IMG/VR virus record: IMGVR_UViG_3300025876_000020
Span: 2,845 to 66,844 of that record
From: a virus
Strand: one strand, 5' to 3'
Length of the DNA: 64,000 bases
Shown: positions 1 through 10,170 of the stretch, one piece after another
Layout: each line of letters opens with the position of its first letter
How positions within the stretch are numbered: the stretch's first letter is position 1
Notes under the pieces: generated by a model
Told to the model about the DNA's origin: nothing
Seen by the model: the letters and a program-made list of their open reading frames with translations, nothing else
Databases searched by the model: none
Translations under genes and position numbers: made by a program

Positions 1-163
1 TAAATAGGTCGGTTTGGTAAGTATTTTTAAAATCTAAAATTGAACCACTGTCGTAATCTGTAACCACTCCGTCTTTATATTGTGCATACCCAACGAAATC
101 CTCTCCAGATAGAGAGAACATATCCCCATCTGTATACATTTTTTTATATGATTTGTAGTCCAT
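1..163 (-). CDS. Partial CDS running off the window start (MDYKSYKKMYTDGDMFSLSGEDFVGY...), probable structural protein
   Basis: ATG at 163-161 overlaps the TAA of the upstream 1144-aa gene (TAATG coupling). The frame stays open to position 1. Confidence 0.7.
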   Translation of the reverse strand, partial: MDYKSYKKMYTDGDMFSLSGEDFVGYAQYKDGVVTDYDSGSILDFKNTYQTDLF

Positions 164-3100
164 TATTGCTTAAATTTAATATTATTAATTTCTACACCTA
201 CAGGTAATATATTACTAGCATCTTCGAGGATGTTAAGCTTTATTTGGTTTTGTATATCCGCGTCTGTGATGTTAAAGTTATTTACAACTACATCTATCTT
301 TTTAGATGAGTTATGCCTGCCCAGTTTATAGAATCTTTCTATTGTTGCCTTGTTGTTTCTTTGACCATGAGGAAGAGATAACACTAACTCATCTACATTG
401 CCACCTAATAGATTTAAGGCATATATTAACTCGTTAGTTGCAGACTTATTATACACGAACATATTACTAATAGTAAGGTCTTTAACATAATAATAACCTG
501 GTTGTTTAAGGTAAGTTGAAAGATCTATACCGTTTACGAATCCAGCAGAGCCAACATACAGCTCATCACTAAATATATTATGCAAGTTGTACTTACCTGG
601 ATCAAAGACTCTATCTTCATATAACAAACCGTCAACAAACAAAGTAGCTCTACCCTTAAGACTGTTAAACGAAAATGTAAATGTATGCACACCAACATCT
701 ATTCTATTAAGATCGTAGCCTATACTCTCTGATCTAATATCCTCTGAATTATATTCATTTTTAAGTGTAAGTCTAAAGTCTAATGTTTTGCTGTCGTATA
801 TGCGATTAATAACGTTATGATTTGTTATTGGTGTTTTAATAAAACTGTCTTCTGTTATATCACTTATTTGCGTTACCAACTCTTTAGGTTCGTTAAAAGA
901 TAAAATACCATTTTTATCCGCAAACAATATAGTAATTGACTTAGAGTTTACACCACCAGTTACATACTCATTTACGTTATCTACTGCTAGTATCTTACCA
1001 CCTACTAATGAATCCTCCTCTTGATCATCAGCATCAAGGTTAACCTCCCATAACCCCGGTGTATCGTAGTCGATTGTATCGATTAGTAAGCCTGCTGTAT
1101 TGTATTGGTATAGCTTATTACCTATTGCTAATACTAGACTATTAACATCATCACTAAAGGTTATAGTCTTGTCTGTTATAGGTGCATCTGATCTAATAAA
1201 CTTCTCCGGATACGTTTTTAAGTTATGTTTAATAACATACCAACCAGGTTCAGCTCCACCAGCTTTAATTGTGTAAAAGACTGTGTCCTCGTCTTCCCAA
1301 ACTAGACTATCATCATTACCAGGAAGTAGATATACAATATTATTGTATACTAAAAGATTCTCATACCACTCACCTGGTCCAAATACTTGTGAATACTCTT
1401 CAAACTCCTGATACACTTCATCTGTTATTTCAAGAGTGTTTAAATTTAATTTCTTTACGACATTACCCTTTAGTAAGAAATATATATCAGTCTCCGTCAT
1501 AAAGTGATTAATATAATTAAATATACCACTATCAATTTCTAACTTAATCTTATTACCCTTAAGGTCAACTCTATAAATTCTGTTGTTTGTACATGTAACT
1601 ATAAAATCCTGCAAAGCGGACCGTTTAAATACATCCTTAATCTGATCGTCAAACTTAACAAGATTTAAAAGTACACTATCTGTATTATATATCTGTAGCG
1701 TCGAGCCTCCTGCTACATGTAGAAACGGTGTTACTGTCATATCCTGAAACAATCCAAAACCAGTGTTTGTATTATTACCGAGTAACTCGAAACCGTAGCT
1801 TACTTTAGGGTCGATATATGCATCAAAAGAGATAGTAAACTCTTTCTCATCATTAATTTGTTCATAAACATTTAACTTACTGTAAAATGTCCCGTCAAAC
1901 GACAAAGAGCTGCTATTTATATCTTTACAAAAGTTTTCTGTTATCCCACCTAGATATGGTTCACCGGATTTATCTATATTTCTCAGCGATTTGGAGGTTA
2001 TGCAGCTATCAAAACTTGATAGTATCGGGGAAGATGAATTAACCACGGATCTTATTTTATTAGCACCTATACGTTCATATCTAACCAAACAATTAGGTGT
2101 AATTACTGCATCACTTCTCTTGTCAAAGTACTTAAATCCGTCTATTTTTATACGTACTGCATCGGAATCAGTTACATCAGAATCTACATTATTATTAAAA
2201 GAGCTACTGTATTTTTCATTAAACTCAAGAGACTCATACTTATCTAACACGTCTGGGTAATAGTATCTATCAACCCAGACTCCAGTAGTATTAGCATCAC
2301 CGGCAGAAAGCCACGTGCATAAATATCTACCGTTTTTGTATTGCTCAGGCTGGTCCTGCTTAATAAAGATTTTATCTGCAATATCAGGTCCGGGTCCACT
2401 AAACGCACCGTTTTTAACAAACGAAGTATCATTAATATTAAGCTTTTCAAAGGGATAAAGTGACGGCCCAGCATTAAACGCTGTTGTTGTGTCGTTAGGA
2501 ATGTAGATATCCTTATCGTAAAAATTGTACACTAAAGACATTTTATCATGCCCACCTTCTTCGCTATTACCAGTATCTAAGGTTGTATAGTTTCTTTGCT
2601 TAAAAGTAGGTATGGTGTTTAGAGCTTCAGTCATACTAGTACCTCTTTTAATATAACCATACTCTGATCTACTAGTATCAAGGGTAAAGAAATTAAACTT
2701 TACCTGACCACTTTGTAAGTGCTGATCGTTATACTCAATATGGAATATATACTGACCGTCTTGATCAAATATACTATTAACGGGATCTATAGTTAAATTA
2801 TTTGTAAACCCGGTCTTATAAGATATAAAGTTATTATTTTGTACCTGAATTAAGTCTTCAAAAGTATCTTCAATAAAAATAGAATTTAGTATATTAGTAT
2901 CAAGCGACCTACCGACAATAGCCTTCATGGTAATATCATCACCTTCACCAGTAAGCATATATATTACACCATCAGCAGGATTACGCTTAAATAAGTATAA
3001 TCTACCTCCATCCACTGTATAGTTATATCTGAATAAGTCAGAAGTTTCTGCAGATACCCGACCGGTTGCGAGATTAGTCGAACCTATTCTCGAAAACCCT

Positions 3101-3597
3101 AAAACATTGTTAATATCATCCCACCTTAATACATAGTTATATGTACCATCATTATGCTTTATGCGTAAGAAGCTATTATCAACAAACTCTATCTCGAAGA
3201 AGTAATTACTACTATACGCGCCTGTTGTAATTCTTTCTAAACCAACAGGAAGTGTATTCTTAACAGTATTATTGTCTGGATCTTTAAATACGTATAAAAA
3301 CTCTGAATCTATTTCTGTAGCTTCTTTGTAAAACTCTAACCTTGTTATAATATTATCCCTTACTGTTTTAAGTTGACTAGTATTAACTAAGTCGGTCAGC
3401 TTACTTTGAGGAGTAATGTAGTTTATACTAAAGTTATTAGATTTTTGATCTTCAATATTATTAAGAAAGTTAATATTATTAATTTGAAACCCTTGTTCGA
3501 GATTCGATCTATATTGTCTTATAACTCTTAATGGATCCGGGTATACAGCGGTTGGAAAACTAACCTCTGAAGTATCTGTATATAAAGCCTTGCTCAC
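163..3597 (-). CDS. Large virion structural protein (baseplate wedge-associated, with LamG/ConA-like beta segments)
   Basis: 1144-aa ORF with a late TAAATA box 6 nt before the GTG. Motifs FTISFDAYI and HTFTFSFNSLKGRATLFVDG resemble LamG strands. It lies in the baseplate/tail cluster. Confidence 0.55.
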   Translation of the reverse strand: MSKALYTDTSEVSFPTAVYPDPLRVIRQYRSNLEQGFQINNINFLNNIEDQKSNNFSINYITPQSKLTDLVNTSQLKTVRDNIITRLEFYKEATEIDSEFLYVFKDPDNNTVKNTLPVGLERITTGAYSSNYFFEIEFVDNSFLRIKHNDGTYNYVLRWDDINNVLGFSRIGSTNLATGRVSAETSDLFRYNYTVDGGRLYLFKRNPADGVIYMLTGEGDDITMKAIVGRSLDTNILNSIFIEDTFEDLIQVQNNNFISYKTGFTNNLTIDPVNSIFDQDGQYIFHIEYNDQHLQSGQVKFNFFTLDTSRSEYGYIKRGTSMTEALNTIPTFKQRNYTTLDTGNSEEGGHDKMSLVYNFYDKDIYIPNDTTTAFNAGPSLYPFEKLNINDTSFVKNGAFSGPGPDIADKIFIKQDQPEQYKNGRYLCTWLSAGDANTTGVWVDRYYYPDVLDKYESLEFNEKYSSSFNNNVDSDVTDSDAVRIKIDGFKYFDKRSDAVITPNCLVRYERIGANKIRSVVNSSSPILSSFDSCITSKSLRNIDKSGEPYLGGITENFCKDINSSSLSFDGTFYSKLNVYEQINDEKEFTISFDAYIDPKVSYGFELLGNNTNTGFGLFQDMTVTPFLHVAGGSTLQIYNTDSVLLNLVKFDDQIKDVFKRSALQDFIVTCTNNRIYRVDLKGNKIKLEIDSGIFNYINHFMTETDIYFLLKGNVVKKLNLNTLEITDEVYQEFEEYSQVFGPGEWYENLLVYNNIVYLLPGNDDSLVWEDEDTVFYTIKAGGAEPGWYVIKHNLKTYPEKFIRSDAPITDKTITFSDDVNSLVLAIGNKLYQYNTAGLLIDTIDYDTPGLWEVNLDADDQEEDSLVGGKILAVDNVNEYVTGGVNSKSITILFADKNGILSFNEPKELVTQISDITEDSFIKTPITNHNVINRIYDSKTLDFRLTLKNEYNSEDIRSESIGYDLNRIDVGVHTFTFSFNSLKGRATLFVDGLLYEDRVFDPGKYNLHNIFSDELYVGSAGFVNGIDLSTYLKQPGYYYVKDLTISNMFVYNKSATNELIYALNLLGGNVDELVLSLPHGQRNNKATIERFYKLGRHNSSKKIDVVVNNFNITDADIQNQIKLNILEDASNILPVGVEINNIKFKQ

Positions 3598-3641
3598 TGT
3601 ATATATTTAATATAGGATCTACTTTAAGCAAAAAATAATAA

Positions 3642-4538
3642 CTAGTCTTCTGGGTTAACCATCTTAATAACATCCACAGGTGGTACAGCTATAATCTCCT
3701 CAGCCGGTCTTCTATCATATTCTTGACCGGTAAATCCAACTGAATCAATTATTGGTGTAAGCTCCGTAGGGTATTTAACAGTAATATCTGGTGCATCCTG
3801 CCTACCCTCAACATGAAAGCTATGTACCTTAATCCACATGGGAGAGTCTGCTGATGTTAGGGGTTTTGAGAAAGATACTCCAGGAGTTAACCTATTACCA
3901 TCACCAGGTACCATCTCACTACCATCTAGTGCAGATATACTAGATATATCATGTGTTAATATATTAACAAAATCTGTCTTTCCATCCTCTCTATAATCTA
4001 GATATATGGTATTGCCAAAATTACCAAGTCGTGCTCTTATTACTTTAATACCTTCACTTAACAGACTAAACTCGAGTATTTGTTTGTGTAAGTCTAAAAA
4101 TCTATAGTTATCTAACTGACTACCTCTTACTGTTATAGAGTTTGGTAGAGTTATATCTAAACCGGACCTCGTTGGCTCATCATCTACTCTAACAGTATTC
4201 GGCCAGTCTGAAGAGGCTGCAAATAATCCATGGGTATCTAGTCCGACACCTATAACTCCACCGTTCATACCCTCTGCACTAGGGAGTCCCGGTACTATAC
4301 CCGGTGTTCCAGAGTAACCTAAATCAATACCACGGCCACCACCGTAACTTTTGTTATTTCGTAACTCAGCATTACTATCTCTAAGAAAAAAACAAAGACC
4401 GTAGTCGAGATTTTCACCTATAATAGTATTAAGAACCTCATATTTTATAGACCATACAATATCATAGAAGGGTGAAAATTCCCCGTCGTTCATACTTACG
4501 GCAGCAGCAGATATTGGTAAATTTAAAGGGTAATCCAT
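3642..4538 (-). CDS. L-type (legume) lectin-like domain virion protein
   Basis: GLCFFL...GGG..LGYSG...GGVIGVGLDTHG matches the L-lectin G(F/L)xF...GG.LGY...GVEFDT pattern. Confidence 0.5.
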   Translation of the reverse strand: MDYPLNLPISAAAVSMNDGEFSPFYDIVWSIKYEVLNTIIGENLDYGLCFFLRDSNAELRNNKSYGGGRGIDLGYSGTPGIVPGLPSAEGMNGGVIGVGLDTHGLFAASSDWPNTVRVDDEPTRSGLDITLPNSITVRGSQLDNYRFLDLHKQILEFSLLSEGIKVIRARLGNFGNTIYLDYREDGKTDFVNILTHDISSISALDGSEMVPGDGNRLTPGVSFSKPLTSADSPMWIKVHSFHVEGRQDAPDITVKYPTELTPIIDSVGFTGQEYDRRPAEEIIAVPPVDVIKMVNPED

Positions 4539-4548
4539 TCTTCTTTAT

Positions 4549-4761
4549 TTAATCTTCAACAACGAAAACTAAAGTAAAAGCTTCTAAGTTACTTGATGAA
4601 GTTTTATAAACTATTTTATACCCTAGCTTTACCAGCTCTAGTCTTACTGTACTATAATGCTTTTTATCGATATTAACTAATACGCTACCTCGAGATTCAT
4701 CCTCAAGTACGTAATCTGTAAACTCACTCAAGAGATTAAATGCACGGGTCTTTGATAGCAT
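4549..4761 (-). CDS. Small hypothetical late protein
   Basis: 70-aa ORF with CATAAATA 5 nt upstream of the ATG. Confidence 0.6.
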   Translation of the reverse strand: MLSKTRAFNLLSEFTDYVLEDESRGSVLVNIDKKHYSTVRLELVKLGYKIVYKTSSSNLEAFTLVFVVED

Positions 4762-4776
4762 ACATATATTTATGGG

Positions 4777-7700
4777 CTAAGGTATCTCATCTGGCTCTGT
4801 TGATTCATCAGCAGAGCGAGGATAAGGCTCATCGTTAATAAAACGTATATTACCACCTATTATATCACCCAGTAACTCAAATACGTTCGAACCTCCAGGA
4901 GGGTCGTTTTTGACTATATCAATTCTGTGTAAACCACTTGTAATATCAATTGTAACCAATCGAGGACGCTCTCCTCCGTAATTAATATATGTTCCTTGTA
5001 AAACATCATCAACATATACGTAAAAATAATCATCATTAGCAAAATTATATAAAGTTACATCTGTATCATCGCCTATGTTATCAACCCACATAGTATACAT
5101 TAAACTATTAAAACTGCTGTGATATGCGTTGTTGAGTCCTGTATTAATTGCTCCTTTAGAAATCTCTGACCACTCTCCGTTAAAGTCACCGGGATCACTT
5201 AGCCGATCCGTTCTCATCTGCGCTGGTGTAGTACGACTCTGATTATTACTACATAAAACGTTCCAGAATGGTACAGTCTCCGGAGCCACAGTCTGTATTG
5301 AACCATCACTATACTGTATCGAGTTTGAAGATAGTGTATTAGTTTCAATACCACCTAACACTTCAATATTTTCTAGTGTAATATCCTGCTGTAACCCAAT
5401 TTCAACATCACCGTTTAAATAATTAAACGGTAGGGTCTGATCGATACCATCAAGTGTGGCAGATAGATTGTCAGTTACAGATAACGATGTATCTAGAACC
5501 TCGTCTGGTATAGCTTTAATAACATAAACAGTACCTGTAATAGATACATCAGAATTAGTTACACCACCTACTAAGCTTTTCTCACCCGGGGTTGTTACTC
5601 TACTTAATATAGGCCGTGGCGTTTCATGATTACCGTACGGGTCTCCTGTTAAAAATTGGTCACTAGCACCTGCTGCCATTATTTCGTTTTTATCTGTAAC
5701 TGCAATCATAGCAGTTTTGCTATTATATCCAGTTAAATCAAAGTCTTTATAAACCGTACCTTTTGACATTCTAACCTTACCAAAGGTTGTTTTCTGATTT
5801 TTATCACCTCTACCTAGCTGACCGTATCCGTTATAGCCAGTTGACCATATTTCACCATCTTCGTTAAGAAACGCAGCAAACGCGTATGTTGCATCATGTC
5901 CTTTTATTTTAACAACGTTTTGTGGGTTACCTACAGGTGTTTGTGGTGAGTTATAATCTACCGTATTACCAGTACCTAATTGACCATAATTGTTATGACC
6001 CCACGTCCTTAAGGTACCGTCCTGAGTCAGAATCATTACTGAGCATGAACCATCTCGAGATAACGATATATCCTGTACCTGTTGCCCACCAAGATCAACA
6101 AGCTGGAAGGTAGATTTGTTGGTTGTATTACCTATACCTAACTGACCCACACCATTAAAACCACAAGAGTATAAACTACCATCACTAGTTATTGCGTATA
6201 CGCTTTTTGTTGTGGTGCCATTTGATATTGCTATATCTACCACATTTCTACCCACCATACTACTAACCTTCTTAAATTGATCAAGCTTATTATCGTTACC
6301 ATGTCCTAATTGACCCTTATCATTATAGCCACATGAATATAGATCACCGTTACTATCTATCAAGAAGCTACAACTATAATTATTAGCAGCAAACACCTTT
6401 ACCGGTTTAGCACCAGCTGTTAAGAAATCTAGAGGTACTTGTACCGGTGATGTTCTATTACTCTCATCATTTAGACCTAATTGACCGTATCCATTATAAC
6501 CCCATGTCCATAGGTTATCATTCTCGTCAATTACCAAACAATGTGCAGCGTTATTTTGTCCAACACTTACCGTAAAATACTTAGCGTTACTACCGAAGCC
6601 GTTAACCCGTTGAAACTTGTTTCTAGTTGTAGTATTTCCTAGTCCTAATTCCCCATGACCGTTATACCCGGATGAGTAAATTCGACCTTTATCAGAAATA
6701 ACGAATACGCATGGATCGTCTGAACCCGCGGCCATATAATCTACTACCTTTTCATTTGCGTTTGTAAATGGTAGCTGTATTTTATTAAATCCGGCGAGGT
6801 AGTCCCGGGTGTCCCCCATTATCTCTTCACCACCACCATAACCACTAGCAAATAGATTACCATCCTTGGATATGTAGAATGAAGTTCTATAGAAAGTACT
6901 ATTAGTAACCCTTTGCATTTTCGTTCCAAAGGACGCAAAGGAGTCGTCTATATCACTACTAAGACCATTGACGATGCTATAATCTGCCGTATTTGATGGA
7001 TCACTGGTAGTGCCATATAGAGTTTTATTTCTATAATCCGGTACTTGAAAGTTAGTAGCGTCACCACCATAACTCGAGCCGATAGTATCATATAAATCAG
7101 GGTAATCAACACTAGCGTAGGTTTGACCGTCACATACTAGCCACCCTTGAGGAGCAGTAATAGATGTAAAAGGTATAACACAACCTACTGGAACTGGTCC
7201 ATTTTCGGTATTAAATAAAGCGGTAGTTGGTAGTCCAGCCGGCGCCCACTGGAGAGTACCGTTACCATTAGTTGTAAGAACATTACCATTTGCACCACTG
7301 TTTGTAGGAAACGAGTATGAAGGTATACCTAATTTAAGGTTCTGAGGTAAATCTAAGTAATCAAAACCTCTAGTATCAATTTTATCTATATTAATAGTTG
7401 CTTTGAGAGCTACTCTACCCTCAGTATCTATCTCTAAAGACTCACCTATTGAGCCTAAGTTAAAATCACCTGCATCAACGGTTCCATCATTTACTGTTGA
7501 TACTGTCTCCCATACACCATCTCCCTTAAAGGCGCATAATGATAGGCTACTAGAATCAAAAGCCATATCACCTTTTACCGCTTCAGTAAACGTCGCAGCT
7601 GGTCCACCATCACTACCTAAAAACTTATTACCTACGATAATTCCACCGGTATCGCTACCATTACCAATATATAGCCTCTCTGTATCTGTAGTATATCCAA

Positions 7701-7803
7701 GCTCACCTTCAGATAGGATTATTTGCTGCCTATCTGTATTCGTGCCTCGTCTTACTAAAAGTTTAAGGAGAGTGTTTTCTAATATTTCAATTTTTTTTGC
7801 CAT
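4777..7803 (-). CDS. Tail fibre-like protein: Mtd_N-type N-terminus, tail-collar domain, RCC1/BLIP-II repeats, C-terminal PA14-like beta domain
   Basis: N-terminus LLVRRGT...LSEGELGYTTDTERLYIGNG. Collar motif PVGCVIPF...PQGWLVCDG...YPDLYDTIG..YGGD...FQVPD. Six clear GYNxxGQLG-type RCC1 repeats plus degenerate ones. Confidence 0.8.
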   Translation of the reverse strand: MAKKIEILENTLLKLLVRRGTNTDRQQIILSEGELGYTTDTERLYIGNGSDTGGIIVGNKFLGSDGGPAATFTEAVKGDMAFDSSSLSLCAFKGDGVWETVSTVNDGTVDAGDFNLGSIGESLEIDTEGRVALKATINIDKIDTRGFDYLDLPQNLKLGIPSYSFPTNSGANGNVLTTNGNGTLQWAPAGLPTTALFNTENGPVPVGCVIPFTSITAPQGWLVCDGQTYASVDYPDLYDTIGSSYGGDATNFQVPDYRNKTLYGTTSDPSNTADYSIVNGLSSDIDDSFASFGTKMQRVTNSTFYRTSFYISKDGNLFASGYGGGEEIMGDTRDYLAGFNKIQLPFTNANEKVVDYMAAGSDDPCVFVISDKGRIYSSGYNGHGELGLGNTTTRNKFQRVNGFGSNAKYFTVSVGQNNAAHCLVIDENDNLWTWGYNGYGQLGLNDESNRTSPVQVPLDFLTAGAKPVKVFAANNYSCSFLIDSNGDLYSCGYNDKGQLGHGNDNKLDQFKKVSSMVGRNVVDIAISNGTTTKSVYAITSDGSLYSCGFNGVGQLGIGNTTNKSTFQLVDLGGQQVQDISLSRDGSCSVMILTQDGTLRTWGHNNYGQLGTGNTVDYNSPQTPVGNPQNVVKIKGHDATYAFAAFLNEDGEIWSTGYNGYGQLGRGDKNQKTTFGKVRMSKGTVYKDFDLTGYNSKTAMIAVTDKNEIMAAGASDQFLTGDPYGNHETPRPILSRVTTPGEKSLVGGVTNSDVSITGTVYVIKAIPDEVLDTSLSVTDNLSATLDGIDQTLPFNYLNGDVEIGLQQDITLENIEVLGGIETNTLSSNSIQYSDGSIQTVAPETVPFWNVLCSNNQSRTTPAQMRTDRLSDPGDFNGEWSEISKGAINTGLNNAYHSSFNSLMYTMWVDNIGDDTDVTLYNFANDDYFYVYVDDVLQGTYINYGGERPRLVTIDITSGLHRIDIVKNDPPGGSNVFELLGDIIGGNIRFINDEPYPRSADESTEPDEIP

Positions 7804-7817
7804 GGTTAGTTAAATGT

Positions 7818-8972
7818 TTATGATGTTGGAGGTCTAAAGACTGGTATTGCTACAACACCTGTTGTGCCACCCATGTCCATTTGAATAAATCCAGCTGATG
7901 TTAGGCTGGCAATATATGTGGTACTACCTACCGTTGAGAGGGTATCAATAATTGTTTGATCATTATAATCGGTTTGATCTAACCCACCGTTAAATGCACC
8001 GCTAAGAAACGGAACATTAACTCCACCCGATATAACGGTTGTAACCGTGCTCTCTGCTGAGAGTGGTAGGTCTAAAGAGCTTGAACTACCAGCTAACCTA
8101 CCGTATTGATCGAAGGTAATGCTATCAGTAGAACGTATCTCTTGATTACCGAGAAATAATGAATCTATGGTTAGTATATCAGTAAATGTTGTATCCGGTT
8201 GTTCAACACTACTAATAGTGAAGAATGAAGCATCAACACCTTGTATTACCGTTTCTAGAGTCTCATCCAATGGACTAACGCGTAACCCTTTACCTATAAA
8301 AACAGAGCTCAAAGAGCTTGTAGAAACAACACCTAGTGGTATATCTGTTAGAATTAATTTGTTTCCATTAAAGCCAAGATAGGAAGTTTCAACATCCAGC
8401 TCAATAACCTCCCCACTACCACCGGTCAGCCCTCTACCTATAGTCGTTGACGTTATATAGGTTTCATCAATACAGTCAAGTTTTAATTGTAGCGCGTTAC
8501 TTGACTTCTCTATAGTCACATCATCAACGTTAATAGATAATCCGTCAGCTATACTAAAATTAATTCCACCCGTTGCTAGTACAATACTACTATCAATTTG
8601 TGTGGTTGTTATACAACTATCTTTAAGGGTAAGTTCGTTTTGAGTATTATATTCAATAAAAACAGGATCAATCTTTGTACCTATAAACTCCCAATCAGCC
8701 TCTGTTATGGGAGTTGTAGAAGTAAGCCTATAAAGCTTACCATTCTCATAAACAACATCTCCCTTTGTAGCAGTGGATATTGATGTTCTTGGTTGATTAG
8801 AGTCATAAACTTTATTTCCTATAATATTACCACCAGCAGTTATACCATCACCCACCCATAGCCTACTATAATCGGTTGTATATCCTAACTCTCCTTGTTC
8901 GAGAATAGTGATAGATCTCTGACTATCAGTACCTCTTCTAACTTTTAGCTTTACTATATCTACTTCTGGCAT
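7818..8972 (-). CDS. Tail fibre/baseplate-attached protein with Mtd_N-type N-terminal domain
   Basis: KLKVRRGTDSQR...LEQGELGYTTDYSRLWVGDG is paralogous to the N-terminus of 4777..7803. Confidence 0.65.
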   Translation of the reverse strand: MPEVDIVKLKVRRGTDSQRSITILEQGELGYTTDYSRLWVGDGITAGGNIIGNKVYDSNQPRTSISTATKGDVVYENGKLYRLTSTTPITEADWEFIGTKIDPVFIEYNTQNELTLKDSCITTTQIDSSIVLATGGINFSIADGLSINVDDVTIEKSSNALQLKLDCIDETYITSTTIGRGLTGGSGEVIELDVETSYLGFNGNKLILTDIPLGVVSTSSLSSVFIGKGLRVSPLDETLETVIQGVDASFFTISSVEQPDTTFTDILTIDSLFLGNQEIRSTDSITFDQYGRLAGSSSSLDLPLSAESTVTTVISGGVNVPFLSGAFNGGLDQTDYNDQTIIDTLSTVGSTTYIASLTSAGFIQMDMGGTTGVVAIPVFRPPTS

Positions 8973-9079
8973 AATATTTTAAATTTGTAATAAAGCCGAT
9001 ATTTGGCGAGTAAGGTTAATCAGCATATGTATATTTATTATATAAATATGCTTTTCTACTAAAATAAATGAAGTAACTT

Positions 9080-9607
9080 CTACTCAGAATTAATTTGTAT
9101 ATTACTACTTAATACATTAAGATGATTAGGTATCATATAAACCAGCCATGTCTGCTTAGAGCTAACAGTTGATATTTTATGCAATTTAGTTGGACTAAAT
9201 TCAATAGCATGATACTGTGGTACCTTATATAGCTTATCTGCAATAGTTATATAGTTACCCTTAGTTAAGGCTATAGAGAAAAACTTACCAACAGGCTTGT
9301 ATCCAGATTTTTCGTTCCAGCAATCCTGCAGGTCTAGAAAATCCGTAGGTTGTAATTGTAATATATAGTGCACTAGTACGTACTCCCATATATTAAGCTT
9401 AGTAGATATGTCTTTAATTTTTTTATATAAATTAATATCTTTTAAGAATCGTGATGTTCGAATATACTCATATTCCGACAACATACCTCGTTCCGCACTA
9501 CCACCTGTTCTTCTACCAACACTGATAGCGCGCTTGAAGCCAGCACTATTACAAAAATCTACAAAATCATCCAAATCATCTGCAGCATAACTAACATCAT
9601 ATATCAT
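9080..9607 (-). CDS. Degenerate 2OG-Fe(II) oxygenase-like (DSBH fold) protein
   Basis: Aligns by eye with its neighbour: LQLQPTDFLDLQD vs VNKYKEGHFIPPHKD, and FSPTKLHKI vs FSGTTPIHWV. The HxD motif appears as QD. ATGA coupling at 9604-9607. Confidence 0.45.
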   Translation of the reverse strand: MIYDVSYAADDLDDFVDFCNSAGFKRAISVGRRTGGSAERGMLSEYEYIRTSRFLKDINLYKKIKDISTKLNIWEYVLVHYILQLQPTDFLDLQDCWNEKSGYKPVGKFFSIALTKGNYITIADKLYKVPQYHAIEFSPTKLHKISTVSSKQTWLVYMIPNHLNVLSSNIQINSE

Positions 9608-10167
9608 AATGGTATACCGTATAAAAATATCGCACTATAGCGTAACGAGTTGGTAGGCGGTACCCAGTGAATGGGTGTTGTACCGCTAAATAAATACCCC
9701 CTACCCTTTACATCAGAAAAAGACCTCGTCATACCTAAGCTATCAGATTCCTCAACACTTATATTATTATAATACGCATCTGGATTACCAAATAAGAGGT
9801 AATTTTTATCATCGGTCTGTAGAGGTACAGTAACCGTATAAAGTGATAATCCTTTATCTTTATGTGGTGGTATAAAATGACCTTCTTTATACTTATTTAC
9901 CTGAACTTCGATCGGCTCGAAGCCCTTAACCAATTTATTTGCAAATAACCTATCCCACTCCTTAGGGTAGCTACTGGGTATATATCCAACCGACTCGTAG
10001 TTACCTAAATCATTCTTAAGACCGTAATTAGGAACAAACTTTGACCTATCGTTCATAGGCCTTGAATTAGCGATCTTTATTATATCATCACACTCATCTT
10101 CTGAAAGAAAATCTTCAATAACCTCTAGCCTGTGAGAGATTTTATCTAGATGGTTCTTATAGTCCAT
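9604..10167 (-). CDS. 2OG-Fe(II) oxygenase (prolyl-4-hydroxylase-like)
   Basis: N-terminal IEDFLSEDEC, HxD motif (HKD), distal H (IHWV) and the 2OG-binding RxS (RYS). Confidence 0.85.
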   Translation of the reverse strand: MDYKNHLDKISHRLEVIEDFLSEDECDDIIKIANSRPMNDRSKFVPNYGLKNDLGNYESVGYIPSSYPKEWDRLFANKLVKGFEPIEVQVNKYKEGHFIPPHKDKGLSLYTVTVPLQTDDKNYLLFGNPDAYYNNISVEESDSLGMTRSFSDVKGRGYLFSGTTPIHWVPPTNSLRYSAIFLYGIPL

Positions 10168-10170
10168 ATA

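Noticed and set aside
4777-8972. Diversity-generating retroelement suggested by the Mtd_N-like domains
   Set aside because: I saw no reverse transcriptase, Avd or adenine-variant template/variable repeat pair in the window. Mtd_N is only an anchoring domain.
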